From an uncultured Alistipes sp. (GTDB lineage: Bacteria > Bacteroidota > Bacteroidia > Bacteroidales > Rikenellaceae): DNA of 64,000 nucleotides. A model generated the notes under the pieces. That model saw only the letters and a list, made by a program, of their open reading frames with translations, was not told the DNA's origin and did no database searches. Positions 36,357 to 46,109 of the stretch are shown piece by piece (within the stretch, counting starts at the first letter, position 1; every line of letters begins with the position of its first letter). The position numbers and the translations under genes were made by a program. The stretch is taken from assembly GCA_949283205.1 (NCBI GenBank), contig CASDSD010000043.1, positions 3,526 through 67,525 on the forward strand. Reading direction: 5' to 3'.

Positions 36357-37079
36357 CTAAAACTGATTTTTACGGTTATTTATTGCCCAGCGGAGCGTCG
36401 ATACCACTATATAAAGCACGATAATCGCCGGCACGGCCGCAAAACCGAATATCGCAGCCAGTACGGCACTCACGGCGATGAACGAATATCGCAGCCGGTT
36501 GCCGCTCCAGCCGAAGCTCTTGAACTTGAGGGCGAACATGCGTATGGGGCTGATGAGCAACAGCGCCGTCACGACGGCCAGCAGCAGGATGACCTCCTTG
36601 TGCAGCACCAGCGTGCCGTTCTGCGCCAGCACCCCGAGCGAGAGGCAGAGCAGGGCGTTTGCCGGCGTGGGCAGGCCGCAGAACTCCGTATGCTGCGTAT
36701 CGTCGATATTGAACTTGGCAAGGCGCAGCGCAGAGAATGCCGCCACGATAAGGGTGATGAACCGCGCCGCCGACATCAGGCCGTCACTCCACGCGAACAG
36801 GGCGGGGGCATCGTCATAGAGGCAATAGAGCGCCAGCGAGGGGACGAGACCGAACGACACCATGTCGGCCAGAGAGTCGAGCTGAACCCCTATCGGCGAG
36901 GCGCAGTAGAGAAGACGCGCGGCGAAGCCGTCGCAGAAGTCGAACAGTGCCGACGCCACGATCAGCAGCATCGCCGTCGTGAGGTCGTGGTATGCGATGA
37001 GAACCACCGCCGCATACGATCCGCATAGCAGGTTGCCCAGCGTCAGCAGATTCGGTACAGTAAAGAACCTTACCTTCAT
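36357..37079 (-). CDS. pssA: CDP-diacylglycerol--serine O-phosphatidyltransferase
   Basis: CDP-alcohol phosphatidyltransferase motif DFCDGFAARLL...D..AD. Multi-TM, 240 aa. Confidence 0.88.
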   Translation of the reverse strand: MKVRFFTVPNLLTLGNLLCGSYAAVVLIAYHDLTTAMLLIVASALFDFCDGFAARLLYCASPIGVQLDSLADMVSFGLVPSLALYCLYDDAPALFAWSDGLMSAARFITLIVAAFSALRLAKFNIDDTQHTEFCGLPTPANALLCLSLGVLAQNGTLVLHKEVILLLAVVTALLLISPIRMFALKFKSFGWSGNRLRYSFIAVSAVLAAIFGFAAVPAIIVLYIVVSTLRWAINNRKNQF

Positions 37080-37112
37080 CCTTCTATCTCAATTAAGCAC
37101 CTTAATGATCGG

Positions 37113-37120
37113 CAAAGGTA
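37113..37120 (-). promoter_or_regulatory. -7 box (TAccTTTG) for pssA
   Basis: Plus strand CAAAGGTA is TACCTTTG on the minus strand, 33 nt upstream of ATG 37079. Confidence 0.45.
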
Positions 37121-37337
37121 CGAATTATTTTTCATTTTGACGCATTTTGCCGATATTCGTTTGATTGCAAGGATATTGCATACGGGCGCGGAGGCCATTT
37201 CCGTCCCGGGCGCGATTTTCGGCCACGCACCGCACGCAGCGTCCTGCGCACCTGTGCCGCGAGGGGCGGCGCACTTCCTGCCGGCATGCCCGGCCTCCGT
37301 CCCGTGACGATTTTCAACGCGCGACGGAGGCCGCGGG

Positions 37338-37369
37338 TTTGGATTTTCGGTTTTTATTTGCCATCTTTG
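37338..37369 (+). promoter_or_regulatory. possible promoter for the guanylyltransferase gene: -33 TTTG and -7-like CAtcTTTG
   Basis: TTTG at 37338-37341 and CATCTTTG at 37362-37369, spaced 20 nt. This leaves a 5' leader of about 135 nt. Confidence 0.35.
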
Positions 37370-37509
37370 TAAGGATGTTTACAGGTCGGTCCGCAGCCAT
37401 GCGCCATGGCGTCGGCGACGGCTCTGCATCCCATGCCCGGCAGGCGATAACGCAAGCCGCCGCCGAAGCGAACGTAAATCACCGAAAAACAAGTATACAC
37501 ACAAGAGTC

Positions 37510-38583
37510 ATGAGCAGCAAAACATACTGCGTAATTATGGCCGGAGGCATCGGAACCCGATTCTGGCCCATGAGCCGGCAGGCAAAGCCGAAGCAGTTCC
37601 TCGATATCCTCGGCACGGGAAAATCGTTCATCCGCTCGACCTTCGAGCGCTTCGCCGCGATCGTGCCGGCCGAAAACTTCCTCGTGGTCACCAACCGCCG
37701 CTACCGCGACCTCGTGCTGGAGCACATCCCCGAGCTCAAGCCGCGGCAGGTGCTGTGCGAGCCCATCGGGCGCAACACCGCCCCCTGCATCGCGTATGCC
37801 GCCTACACGCTGCGCAAGCTCAACCCCGAGGCCGAGATGATAGTCACGCCGGCCGACCACCTGATCCTCAACGAAGCGGATTTCCACGCCATCATCCGCG
37901 AGTGTCTCGACTTCGCCGACCGTCACGACGCCCTGATGACCGTAGGCATCAAGCCCAGCCGCCCCGATACGGGATACGGCTATATCCAGAAGTCGAACAA
38001 CGACGTCATCAGCCGCGTGAAGTGCTTCACCGAGAAACCCGATCTGGAGCTGGCGCAGACCTTCGTGCAGTGCGGCGAGTTCTTCTGGAACGCCGGCATC
38101 TTCATCTGGAAGGTGAGCAGCATCATCGAGGCCTTCTGCCGCCACCTGCCCGAGCATCACGCCCTCTTCTCGGCCATCATGGAGGACCTGGGCACGGAGC
38201 GCGAGGAGGCCGCCATCGAGCAGGTCTTCTCGGAGTGCCGCGCCATCTCGATCGACTACGGCATCATGGAGAAGGCCGACAACGTCTATGTCCGCTGCGG
38301 CGACTTCGGCTGGAGCGACGTGGGCACGTGGGGGTCGGTCTACCAGCTCTCGCGCAAGGACGCCTACGCCAACGCCAAGTCGCACGACGGCTGTTACACC
38401 TACGACACGCGCAACTCGATCGTCTCGATCCCGGCCGGCAAGATCGCCGTCATCAAGGGTTTGAAGGACTACATCGTGGTCGACACCGACGACGTGCTGA
38501 TGATATGCCCGCGCAGCGACGAGCAGAGCATCAAGAAGTATATCGACGACGTGAAGTTCGACAAGGGGGACAAATATATCTGA
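37510..38583 (+). CDS. mannose-1-phosphate guanylyltransferase
   Basis: Nucleotidyltransferase N-terminus YCVIMAGGIGTRFWPMSRQAKPKQFL. 357 aa. Confidence 0.88.
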   Translation: MSSKTYCVIMAGGIGTRFWPMSRQAKPKQFLDILGTGKSFIRSTFERFAAIVPAENFLVVTNRRYRDLVLEHIPELKPRQVLCEPIGRNTAPCIAYAAYTLRKLNPEAEMIVTPADHLILNEADFHAIIRECLDFADRHDALMTVGIKPSRPDTGYGYIQKSNNDVISRVKCFTEKPDLELAQTFVQCGEFFWNAGIFIWKVSSIIEAFCRHLPEHHALFSAIMEDLGTEREEAAIEQVFSECRAISIDYGIMEKADNVYVRCGDFGWSDVGTWGSVYQLSRKDAYANAKSHDGCYTYDTRNSIVSIPAGKIAVIKGLKDYIVVDTDDVLMICPRSDEQSIKKYIDDVKFDKGDKYI

Positions 38584-38670
38584 CATGTTCCGGCGCCCGT
38601 GATATGCCCGGCGCCCCGGCCATCCGCAATCGGCCGGCGGCAGATCCTCACCCAAGCCGCCGCAACCATG

Positions 38671-38697
38671 CCCCGACCGACAAGTCGGGGCTTTTTT
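38671..38697 (+). terminator. rho-independent terminator after the guanylyltransferase gene
   Basis: Stem CCCCGAC / GTCGGGG, loop CGACAA, then CTTTTTT. Confidence 0.7.
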
Positions 38698-38732
38698 ACG
38701 CCCGTCATCGCCCCTTGTTTCGGAAAAATCCG

Positions 38733-38740
38733 TATCTTTG
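38733..38740 (+). promoter_or_regulatory. -7 box (TAtcTTTG) for the OPT transporter gene
   Basis: TATCTTTG is followed 4 nt later by an in-frame ATG (38745). The preferred start is at 38823. Confidence 0.45.
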
Positions 38741-38822
38741 TAAGATGAGCGGCCTGGCCATGTACAGCATGCACAGGGCCGATGCGGGCCGCAAGCGCGA
38801 AAATCCTAAACTTCAACTTGAC

Positions 38823-40766
38823 ATGGAAGAAAACAGACACGACGTATCCCTTCCCGAGAACGCCTACCGCGAACTCAAACCGGGAGAGGAGTACCAGCCC
38901 CTGATGCCGGCCTCGTCGACGCCGGCCGAGGTCACGCCCTACTCGGTGACGATGGGCATATTGATGGCCGTGATATTCTCGGCCGCGGCGGCATTCCTCG
39001 GCCTCAAGGTGGGACAGGTCTTCGAGGCCGCCATACCCATCGCCATCATCGCCGTAGGCGCCGGCACGGCCCTCGGCAAGAAGAACATGCTGGGGCAGAA
39101 CGTCATCATACAGTCCATCGGCGCCAGCTCGGGCGTCATCGTCGCCGGCGCCATCTTCACCCTGCCGGCGCTCTATATCCTGGGGTTAGAGGCGCACTTC
39201 TACCAGATATTCCTCTCGTCGCTGCTGGGCGGCGTGCTGGGCATAGTGCTGCTGATACCCTTCCGCAAATACTTCGTCAAGGAGATGCACGGCAAATACC
39301 CCTTCCCCGAGGCTACGGCCACAACCGAGGTGCTCGTCTCGGGCGAGAAGGGCGGCGACCAGGCCAAACTGCTGGCCGTGGCGGGCCTCGTGGGCGGCGT
39401 CTATGACTTCGTCGTCAGCACCTTCGGCGCCTGGACCGAGGTGGTCTCGACACGCATCTGCGAGTTCGGCTCGATGTGCGCCGACAAGTTCAAGGTGGTC
39501 TTCTCGCTCAATACGGGCGCGGCGGTGCTCGGCCTCGGATATATCATCGGCCTGAAGTATGCGGTGATCATCACGGCGGGCTCGTGCCTCGTATGGTTCC
39601 TGATAGTGCCCCTCATCGGGTCTGTTGATCCCGCCTCGGCGGCCCTCTCGCCCGAGGAGATATTCACCACATACGGCCGTCCCATCGGCATCGGCGGCAT
39701 CGCCATGGCCGGGCTCATCGGCATCGTGCGCCAGGCGGGCATCATACGCCAGGCCGTGGGCCTCGCCGTGAGCGAGCTCACCTCGAAGAAGGGTGCGGAG
39801 GCCCCCGCCGCCGAGCGCACGCAGCGCGACCTGCCCATGCGACTGATCCTCTCGATCCTGATCGCGGCCCTCGTCGCCACCTTCGTATTCTTCCGTTTCG
39901 GGCTGCTCGGCGACGGCATGCAGAGCATCGTGGCGCTGCTCATAGTCTTCGTCATAGCCTTCCTCTTCACCACCGTGGCCGCGAACGCCATCGCCATCGT
40001 GGGCACCAACCCCGTCTCGGGCATGACGCTCATGACGCTTATCCTCAGCTCGCTCGTGCTGGCCAGCATAGGCCTCAGCGGCACGGCCGGCATGACCGCC
40101 GCCCTCATCATCGGCGGCGTGGTCTGCACGGCCCTCTCGATGGCCGGCGGCTTCGTCACCGACCTCAAGATAGGTTACTGGATCGGCACCACGCCCCGCA
40201 AGCAGGAGGCATGGAAGTTCCTCGGCACGGCCGTCTCGGCCGCAACCGTGGCGGGCGTGATGATCGTGCTGAACGACTCGTTCGGCTTCGTGGGAGAGGA
40301 CGCCCTCGTGGCACCGCAGGCAAACGCCATGGCCGCGGTGATACAGCCCCTCATGACGGGCGGCTCGACACCCTGGATCCTCTACTTCATGGGGGCCGTG
40401 CTGGCGCTGGTGCTCACGGCCATAGGCATCCCGGCGCTTGCCTTCTCGCTCGGCATGTTCATCCCGATGTACCTGAACGCCCCGCTGGTGGTGGGAGGTC
40501 TCATCGCATGGTTCGTCGCCAACCGCTCGAAGGACGAGGCGCTCAACAAGGCGCGCTTCGACCGCGGCACCCTCATCGCCTCGGGCTTCATCGCCGGCGG
40601 CGCGCTGATGGGCGTGGTGAGCGCCGTGCTCAAATATTTCGACTGCGACTGGTACATGACCTCATGGGCCGAGTCGAAGGGCGCCGAGTGGCTCGGACTG
40701 GCGATGTACATCGTGCTGATGGTATACTTCGTGCTGCATACGCTGCGGGCAAAGAAGGAGGAGTAA
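38823..40766 (+). CDS. OPT-family oligopeptide transporter
   Basis: 647 aa and more than 14 hydrophobic helices. N-terminus MEENRHDVSLPENAYRELKPGEEYQPLMP. The track ORF extends upstream into the previous gene and was trimmed. An alternative start lies at 38745. Confidence 0.85.
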   Translation: MEENRHDVSLPENAYRELKPGEEYQPLMPASSTPAEVTPYSVTMGILMAVIFSAAAAFLGLKVGQVFEAAIPIAIIAVGAGTALGKKNMLGQNVIIQSIGASSGVIVAGAIFTLPALYILGLEAHFYQIFLSSLLGGVLGIVLLIPFRKYFVKEMHGKYPFPEATATTEVLVSGEKGGDQAKLLAVAGLVGGVYDFVVSTFGAWTEVVSTRICEFGSMCADKFKVVFSLNTGAAVLGLGYIIGLKYAVIITAGSCLVWFLIVPLIGSVDPASAALSPEEIFTTYGRPIGIGGIAMAGLIGIVRQAGIIRQAVGLAVSELTSKKGAEAPAAERTQRDLPMRLILSILIAALVATFVFFRFGLLGDGMQSIVALLIVFVIAFLFTTVAANAIAIVGTNPVSGMTLMTLILSSLVLASIGLSGTAGMTAALIIGGVVCTALSMAGGFVTDLKIGYWIGTTPRKQEAWKFLGTAVSAATVAGVMIVLNDSFGFVGEDALVAPQANAMAAVIQPLMTGGSTPWILYFMGAVLALVLTAIGIPALAFSLGMFIPMYLNAPLVVGGLIAWFVANRSKDEALNKARFDRGTLIASGFIAGGALMGVVSAVLKYFDCDWYMTSWAESKGAEWLGLAMYIVLMVYFVLHTLRAKKEE

Positions 40767-40828
40767 AGGACCGGCAAACGGCCGGCACGACAACCGTATT
40801 AACGTCAAAGCATAAAACACAGAAAAAT

Positions 40829-42046
40829 ATGGAACTGAAGGAGAGATTTCTGAAATACGTATCGTTCGACACGCAGTCGGACGAGAACAGCGAAACGTTC
40901 CCCTCGACGGAGAAACAGCTGGTGCTGCTCAACTATCTGGCCGACGAGATGCGCAGCCTCGGCATGACCGACGTCACCGTCGACAGCCACGGCTACGCCA
41001 TGGGCACCATCCCCGCCTCGGCAGGGCTGGAAAACGCCCCCGTCATAGGCTTCATCTCGCACGTGGACACCTCGCCCGACATGAGCGGCAAGGATGTGCG
41101 GCCGCACGTCATAGAGGATTACGACGGCGGTGACATACGTCTCAACGCCGCGCTGACGATGCGCGTGGAGGATTTCCCGGAGCTGGCGTCGTTCAAGGGC
41201 CACACGCTGATACACACCGACGGCACGACGCTGCTCGGCGCCGACGACAAGGCTGGCTGTGCCGAGATAATGACGGCGGCGGAGTACCTGCTGTTGCACC
41301 CGGAAGTCAGGCACGGCAAGATACGCATAGGCTTCACCCCCGACGAGGAGATCGGCCGCGGCGTGGACTTCTTCGACGTGCAGGCCTTCGGTGCCGACTT
41401 CGCCTACACGATGGACGGCGGATACGAGGGCGAGCTGGAGTACGAGAACTTCAACGCCGCCTCGGCCGTGATCGACATCCAGGGGCGCAACGTCCACCCG
41501 GGATACGCCAAGGACAAGATGATAAACGCCATACAGGTAGCGTGCGAGCTCAACGCCCTGATCCCCGCCGTGCAGCGTCCCGAGCACACGGAGGGCTACG
41601 AGGGATTCTTCCACTGCGTGGGGCTGAACGGCACGGTGGAGAACGCCCGCATCAGCTACATCATCCGCGACCACGACAGCGACCGCTTCGAACAGAAGAA
41701 GGTGTGGATGTGGAGCTGCGTCGACCTGCTGCAGAAACGCTACGGCAAGGAGGTGCTGAAACTCACGATCAAGGACCAGTACTTCAACATGCGCAAGATG
41801 GTGGAGCCGCACCCGCAGGTGATAGACAAGGCACTGGAGGCGATGCGGCAGGCGGGCGTAGAGCCCATCGTGCGGCCCATCCGCGGCGGCACGGACGGCG
41901 CACGCCTCTCGTTCATGGGACTTCCGTGCCCCAACCTCTTCACCGGCGGCATGAACTTCCACGGCAAGTTCGAGTACTGCTCTCTGGACACCATGCGCCG
42001 CGCCACGCAGGTCATAGTCAACCTTGCGCGCCTCTGGGCCGAGTAA
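40829..42046 (+). CDS. pepT: peptidase T (tripeptide aminopeptidase)
   Basis: M20B motifs SHVDTSPD, GADDKAG, GFTPDEEIG. 405 aa. Confidence 0.93.
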   Translation: MELKERFLKYVSFDTQSDENSETFPSTEKQLVLLNYLADEMRSLGMTDVTVDSHGYAMGTIPASAGLENAPVIGFISHVDTSPDMSGKDVRPHVIEDYDGGDIRLNAALTMRVEDFPELASFKGHTLIHTDGTTLLGADDKAGCAEIMTAAEYLLLHPEVRHGKIRIGFTPDEEIGRGVDFFDVQAFGADFAYTMDGGYEGELEYENFNAASAVIDIQGRNVHPGYAKDKMINAIQVACELNALIPAVQRPEHTEGYEGFFHCVGLNGTVENARISYIIRDHDSDRFEQKKVWMWSCVDLLQKRYGKEVLKLTIKDQYFNMRKMVEPHPQVIDKALEAMRQAGVEPIVRPIRGGTDGARLSFMGLPCPNLFTGGMNFHGKFEYCSLDTMRRATQVIVNLARLWAE

Positions 42047-42060
42047 GGGACCACGCTGCA

Positions 42061-42132
42061 GGACCGATAAGGAGCCACGCCACAGGACCGATAAGAGGCC
42101 ATGCCGCAGGACCGATAAGGAGTTACGCGCCG
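42061..42132. repeat. 24-bp tandem repeat, 3 copies
   Basis: GGACCGATAAG recurs at 42061, 42085 and 42109. Confidence 0.85.
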
Positions 42133-42160
42133 GGCCTAACACAGGCGGCCGCAGCACGGA

Positions 42161-42212
42161 CGGACACAGGAGGCCAGCAGCATGGCCGGACACAGGAGGC
42201 CGCGACATGGCA
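42161..42212. repeat. 26-bp tandem duplication
   Basis: CGGACACAGGAGGCC occurs at 42161 and 42187, each followed by ..CATGGC. Confidence 0.75.
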
Positions 42213-42276
42213 CATTAAGGGGGGGCTCCGCCGCAAGAAGTACGGAAAAACATTTGTCACAAAAACAACGACAGCG

Positions 42277-42789
42277 ATGAAAGGATTTCATGAGGTCGAT
42301 CCCGCGCAGATCGGCGACAATTTCATAAAGGACATCGGCACCGACTGGATGCTGATCACGGCGGGCGACCACGTGCGCCAGAACACCATGACCGCCTCGT
42401 GGGGCGGTGTGGGCGTAATGTGGGGCGCACCCGTCGCCGTGGCCGTAATACGGCCGCAGAGATATACGTTCGGGCTGGTCGAGCAGGGCGAGGCGCTCAC
42501 CCTGTCGTTCCTGCCCGAGGAGTACCGCAAGGCACTCAGCTACTGCGGCTCGCACTCGGGCCGCGACGAGGACAAGATACATAACGCGGGCCTTGCGGTG
42601 GAGTTCACCGACGGCGACGTGCCCGCCATAGCCCAGGCGCGGCTGGTGCTGGAGTGCCGCAAGCTCTACGCCGACATGATCAGGCCCGAGAACTTCGTCG
42701 ACCGCAGCATCATCGACCGCTGGTACCCGTCGGGCGACTTCCACAAGGCATACGTGATGCGCATAGTCAAGGCATATGTCAAGGATTGA
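42277..42789 (+). CDS. flavin reductase-like FMN-binding protein
   Basis: 170 aa. NTMTASWGGVGVMWGAPVAVAVIRPQRYT is typical of the flavin reductase split-barrel family. Confidence 0.8.
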   Translation: MKGFHEVDPAQIGDNFIKDIGTDWMLITAGDHVRQNTMTASWGGVGVMWGAPVAVAVIRPQRYTFGLVEQGEALTLSFLPEEYRKALSYCGSHSGRDEDKIHNAGLAVEFTDGDVPAIAQARLVLECRKLYADMIRPENFVDRSIIDRWYPSGDFHKAYVMRIVKAYVKD

Positions 42790-42802
42790 CCACAATAAGG
42801 AG

Positions 42803-44725
42803 ATGAACCGATACGGATATATCAAGGTGGCGGCGGCGGTGCCCGCCGTAAAGGTGGCCGACTGCCGCTTCAACGCGGAGCATACGATCGCCATGATGCG
42901 GCGTGCGGCCGCGCGCGGTGTCCGCGCCGTGGTCTTCCCCGAGCTGGGAGTCACGGCATACACCTGCGGCGACCTGTTCCTGCAGTCGAAGCTGCTCGAC
43001 GCCGCACGGGAGGCTCTCGACACCATCGTCGAGGCCTCGCGCACGATTCCCGTAACGGCGGTCGTCGGCGCGCCGCTGCGATACGGCAACGCCATCTACA
43101 ACTGCGCCGTGGCCATAGCCTGCGGCGAATACCTCTGCGCCGTGCCCAAGAGCTACATACCCAACTACGCCGAGTTCTATGAAGCCCGCTGGTTCGCCTC
43201 GGGCATCGGCATCGCGGAGAGCTGCATACGGCTCGGCGGCCGCGACGTTCCCTTCGGCACCGATGCCGCATTCTCGGTCGACGGCGTGCGCTTCGGCATG
43301 GAGATCTGCGAGGACCTGTGGGTTCCCGTGCCACCCTCGTCGCACCTGGCCGCCGGCGGCGCCGAGGTGATCTTCAACCTCTCGGCCTCGCCCGAGGTGA
43401 TCGGCAAGCACAAGTATCTCACCTCGCTCGTACGCCAGCAGTCGGCACGCGCAACGGCCGCCTACGTATACGTCTCGTCGGGGTTCGGCGAGTCATCGAC
43501 AGACCTTGTTTTCGCCGGCAACGGCCTCGTGGCCGAGAACGGTACCATGCTGGCCGAGGGCGAACGCTTCTCGGCCGGGGAGCAGATGGTCGTGGCCGAT
43601 GTCGACGTCGAATTCCTGCGCAGCGAACGCCTGCGCCGCAACACATACGCCGATGCCGGGGCCACGGCGCTGCGCATCACGGACGCCACCCTGCCCGCTG
43701 CGGCCGAGGCCCCGTTCGACCGCAGGGTGAACCCCATGCCCTTCGTGCCGCACGAACAGGGCGACCGTCACAGCCGCTGCGAGGAGATCTTCTCGATACA
43801 GAGCCTCGGACTGGCACAGCGCCTCGCACACACCGGCTGCCGCTGCGCCGTGGTGGGCATATCGGGAGGGCTCGACTCGGCCCTGGCGCTGCTCGTGACG
43901 CTGCGCGCCTTCGACCGCCTCGGGCTCGACCGCAGGGGTATCATCGGCGTCACCATGCCGGGCTTCGGCACCACGGGGCGCACATACCGCAACGCCGTGA
44001 CCCTCGTCGAGGAGTCGGGCGCCACGCTGCGCGAGATATCCATCGCCGAGGCATGCCGGCAGCACTTCGCCGACATAGGGCTCCCCGACAGCGACCGCTC
44101 GGTGACGTACGAAAACGCACAGGCACGCGAGCGCACGCAGATATTGATGGATGTGGCCAACATGCACGGCGGCATCGTCATCGGCACGGGCGACCTGAGC
44201 GAGCTGGCCCTCGGCTGGGCGACATACAACGGCGACCACATGTCGATGTACGGTGTCAACTGCTCGGTGCCCAAGACGCTGGTGCGTCACATGGTCGAAT
44301 GGGCCGCATCGGTGGAGAAGAGCGACGCCATGCGCCGCGCGCTGGAAGATGTGGCCGCAACGCCCGTAAGTCCCGAACTGCTGCCTGCCGACGAGAACGG
44401 CGACATAGCGCAGAAGACCGAGGACATAGTCGGGCCGTACGAGTTGCACGACTTCTTCCTCTACAACTTCGTGCGGCAGGGATTTTCGCCCTCCAAGATA
44501 CTATTCCTGGCCACACATGCGTTTGGTGAGAGGTACGACCGTGCCACCGTGGTCAAGTGGCTGCGCATATTCTTCCGCCGCTTCTTCTCGCAGCAGTTCA
44601 AGCGTTCGGCGCTGCCCGACGGCCCCAAGGTGGGAAGCGTCTCGCTCTCGCCGCGCGGCGACTGGCGCATGCCGTCCGACGCCTCGGCCGCAGAGTGGCT
44701 GCGCGAATGCGACGCCCTGCAATAG
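42803..44725 (+). CDS. nadE: glutamine-dependent NAD+ synthetase
   Basis: N-terminal CN-hydrolase domain (FPELGVTAYTCGDLF, ICEDLW). C-terminal PP-loop VVGISGGLDSAL. Confidence 0.93.
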   Translation: MNRYGYIKVAAAVPAVKVADCRFNAEHTIAMMRRAAARGVRAVVFPELGVTAYTCGDLFLQSKLLDAAREALDTIVEASRTIPVTAVVGAPLRYGNAIYNCAVAIACGEYLCAVPKSYIPNYAEFYEARWFASGIGIAESCIRLGGRDVPFGTDAAFSVDGVRFGMEICEDLWVPVPPSSHLAAGGAEVIFNLSASPEVIGKHKYLTSLVRQQSARATAAYVYVSSGFGESSTDLVFAGNGLVAENGTMLAEGERFSAGEQMVVADVDVEFLRSERLRRNTYADAGATALRITDATLPAAAEAPFDRRVNPMPFVPHEQGDRHSRCEEIFSIQSLGLAQRLAHTGCRCAVVGISGGLDSALALLVTLRAFDRLGLDRRGIIGVTMPGFGTTGRTYRNAVTLVEESGATLREISIAEACRQHFADIGLPDSDRSVTYENAQARERTQILMDVANMHGGIVIGTGDLSELALGWATYNGDHMSMYGVNCSVPKTLVRHMVEWAASVEKSDAMRRALEDVAATPVSPELLPADENGDIAQKTEDIVGPYELHDFFLYNFVRQGFSPSKILFLATHAFGERYDRATVVKWLRIFFRRFFSQQFKRSALPDGPKVGSVSLSPRGDWRMPSDASAAEWLRECDALQ

Positions 44726-44809
44726 GTGCGGACGGAGCATGGGGCAGCGGCCGCCACGGCGACCGTACAAGACAACAAGTGTGAAAGACATTGAGTGAAA
44801 AGACTTTTT

Positions 44810-45424
44810 ATGAAACGGAAAACCATTATCCTGCTGCTGATGCTGCTGGCATGCGCCGCCGGGGTGCGCGCGCAGAACAGCCTGCTCGACATGCTCAAGG
44901 GTGCGGCCTCGACGGCCGTGGACAAGGCTACGGGCGGGGCCCTCACGGCACAGCGCATCGTCGGCACATGGAGCTACGCCAAACCCGGACTGCGCCTATC
45001 GTCCGACAACGCCCTCTCGGAAATCGCCGCCGCGGCTGCGGCCTCCACGGCCGAGGAGAAGATGGCGAAGTATTACGAAATGGTGGGCATACGCGACGGC
45101 GCCTGCACCTTCGTCTTCAACGACGACGGGACATTCTCATCGACCGTCGGCAGCAAGAGCGTCTCGGGCAAGTACGAGATGGACGGCACCACGCACACCC
45201 TCAAACTCGTCTTCGGCGCGGGCGCCGATATCGAACGGGCGCACGGGCTCAACGCCTCGGCCTATATGAACGGCTCCAACCTGCAGATACTTTTCGCTGC
45301 CGACAAGCTGCTCGACGCATTGCAGTTTCTGGGCAATCTGACCACCTCGCTGCAGACCGTCTCCTCGCTGCTGGAGAGCTACGACGGCATGATGATCGGG
45401 TTCGAGTTCTCGCCGCAGCAATAG
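44810..45424 (+). CDS. secreted lipocalin-like protein (DUF4923-like, from memory)
   Basis: Signal peptide MKRKTIILLLMLLACAAGVRAQ. The ATG at 44810 is preferred over the GTG at 44795. Paralog of the next gene. Confidence 0.75.
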   Translation: MKRKTIILLLMLLACAAGVRAQNSLLDMLKGAASTAVDKATGGALTAQRIVGTWSYAKPGLRLSSDNALSEIAAAAAASTAEEKMAKYYEMVGIRDGACTFVFNDDGTFSSTVGSKSVSGKYEMDGTTHTLKLVFGAGADIERAHGLNASAYMNGSNLQILFAADKLLDALQFLGNLTTSLQTVSSLLESYDGMMIGFEFSPQQ

Positions 45425-45448
45425 AAGCATAAAACAAGACACGACGAC

Positions 45449-46063
45449 ATGAAAAGGATTGTCCTATCGCTTATCCTCAGCCTGGCGGCCCTCACCGCCG
45501 CAGAGAATCTTCATGCACAGGGACTGCAGGGCCTGTTGAACCTCTTCGCCAACACCAAGGCGGCAAAAGCCGACCCCGCGGCAGGCGAGCGGCTCACGGC
45601 CGAACAACTCACCTCCCCGACATGGGTATATTCGTCGCCCCAGATCGTATACTCGGGCAACAGCTCCATGGCCACCGTCGCCATAGCCTCGCTCCGTACG
45701 CAGATGCCCGAAATGGCCAAGGCCCTGGGGCTGAATGCCGGCAGCGACACGGTACGGTTCCAGGAGGAGGGCATCGCCGCCATGCAGAACGGCCAGAACA
45801 AGGCCTCGGTGCCTTACACCTACGACCATGCCACGGGTACCGTAACCTTCACCGTCACACGCAACGGCACGGCAACGGCATTCCCCGCAACGGCAGCCTC
45901 GAACAACGGGGTGCTGACCATTCTCTTCGATGCCGACACCACGATGGAGACACTGCTGCGCATGGCTCCCGAGCTCAAGGACGACACCTACTTCTCGCTG
46001 ATAAAGGCCGTCGTGGAGAAATATCCGGGGATACGCATCGGCGCCACATTCAAGGAGAAATAA
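45449..46063 (+). CDS. secreted lipocalin-like protein, paralog of 44810-45424
   Basis: Signal peptide MKRIVLSLILSLAALTAAENLHAQ. Layout is shared with its neighbour: N-terminal G/A-rich segment, W.Y..P motif, C-terminal beta-rich part. Confidence 0.75.
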   Translation: MKRIVLSLILSLAALTAAENLHAQGLQGLLNLFANTKAAKADPAAGERLTAEQLTSPTWVYSSPQIVYSGNSSMATVAIASLRTQMPEMAKALGLNAGSDTVRFQEEGIAAMQNGQNKASVPYTYDHATGTVTFTVTRNGTATAFPATAASNNGVLTILFDADTTMETLLRMAPELKDDTYFSLIKAVVEKYPGIRIGATFKEK

Positions 46064-46109
46064 CACCACGGCACGCGACACAGGCAGACTCGGCACAACG
46101 GATTGCAAA

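Noticed and set aside
37755-38822. N-terminal 356 codons of the 1003-aa track ORF, and similar long upstream extensions at 40211, 41542, 52461, 59396 and 37165.
   Set aside because: These extensions overlap the preceding real genes in another frame and translate to Arg/Pro-rich sequence. Internal ATGs preceded by promoter boxes give normal-length proteins with proper N-termini.
40805-42208. Long antisense ORFs opposite pepT (467 aa), cysS (56342-57817), the MFS transporter (59417-60973), the DUF2723 gene (49561-51390) and the porin-like gene.
   Set aside because: In every case the annotated strand carries diagnostic catalytic or family motifs. The opposite frame shows the R/A/G/H/V-rich composition typical of GC-rich antisense frames.
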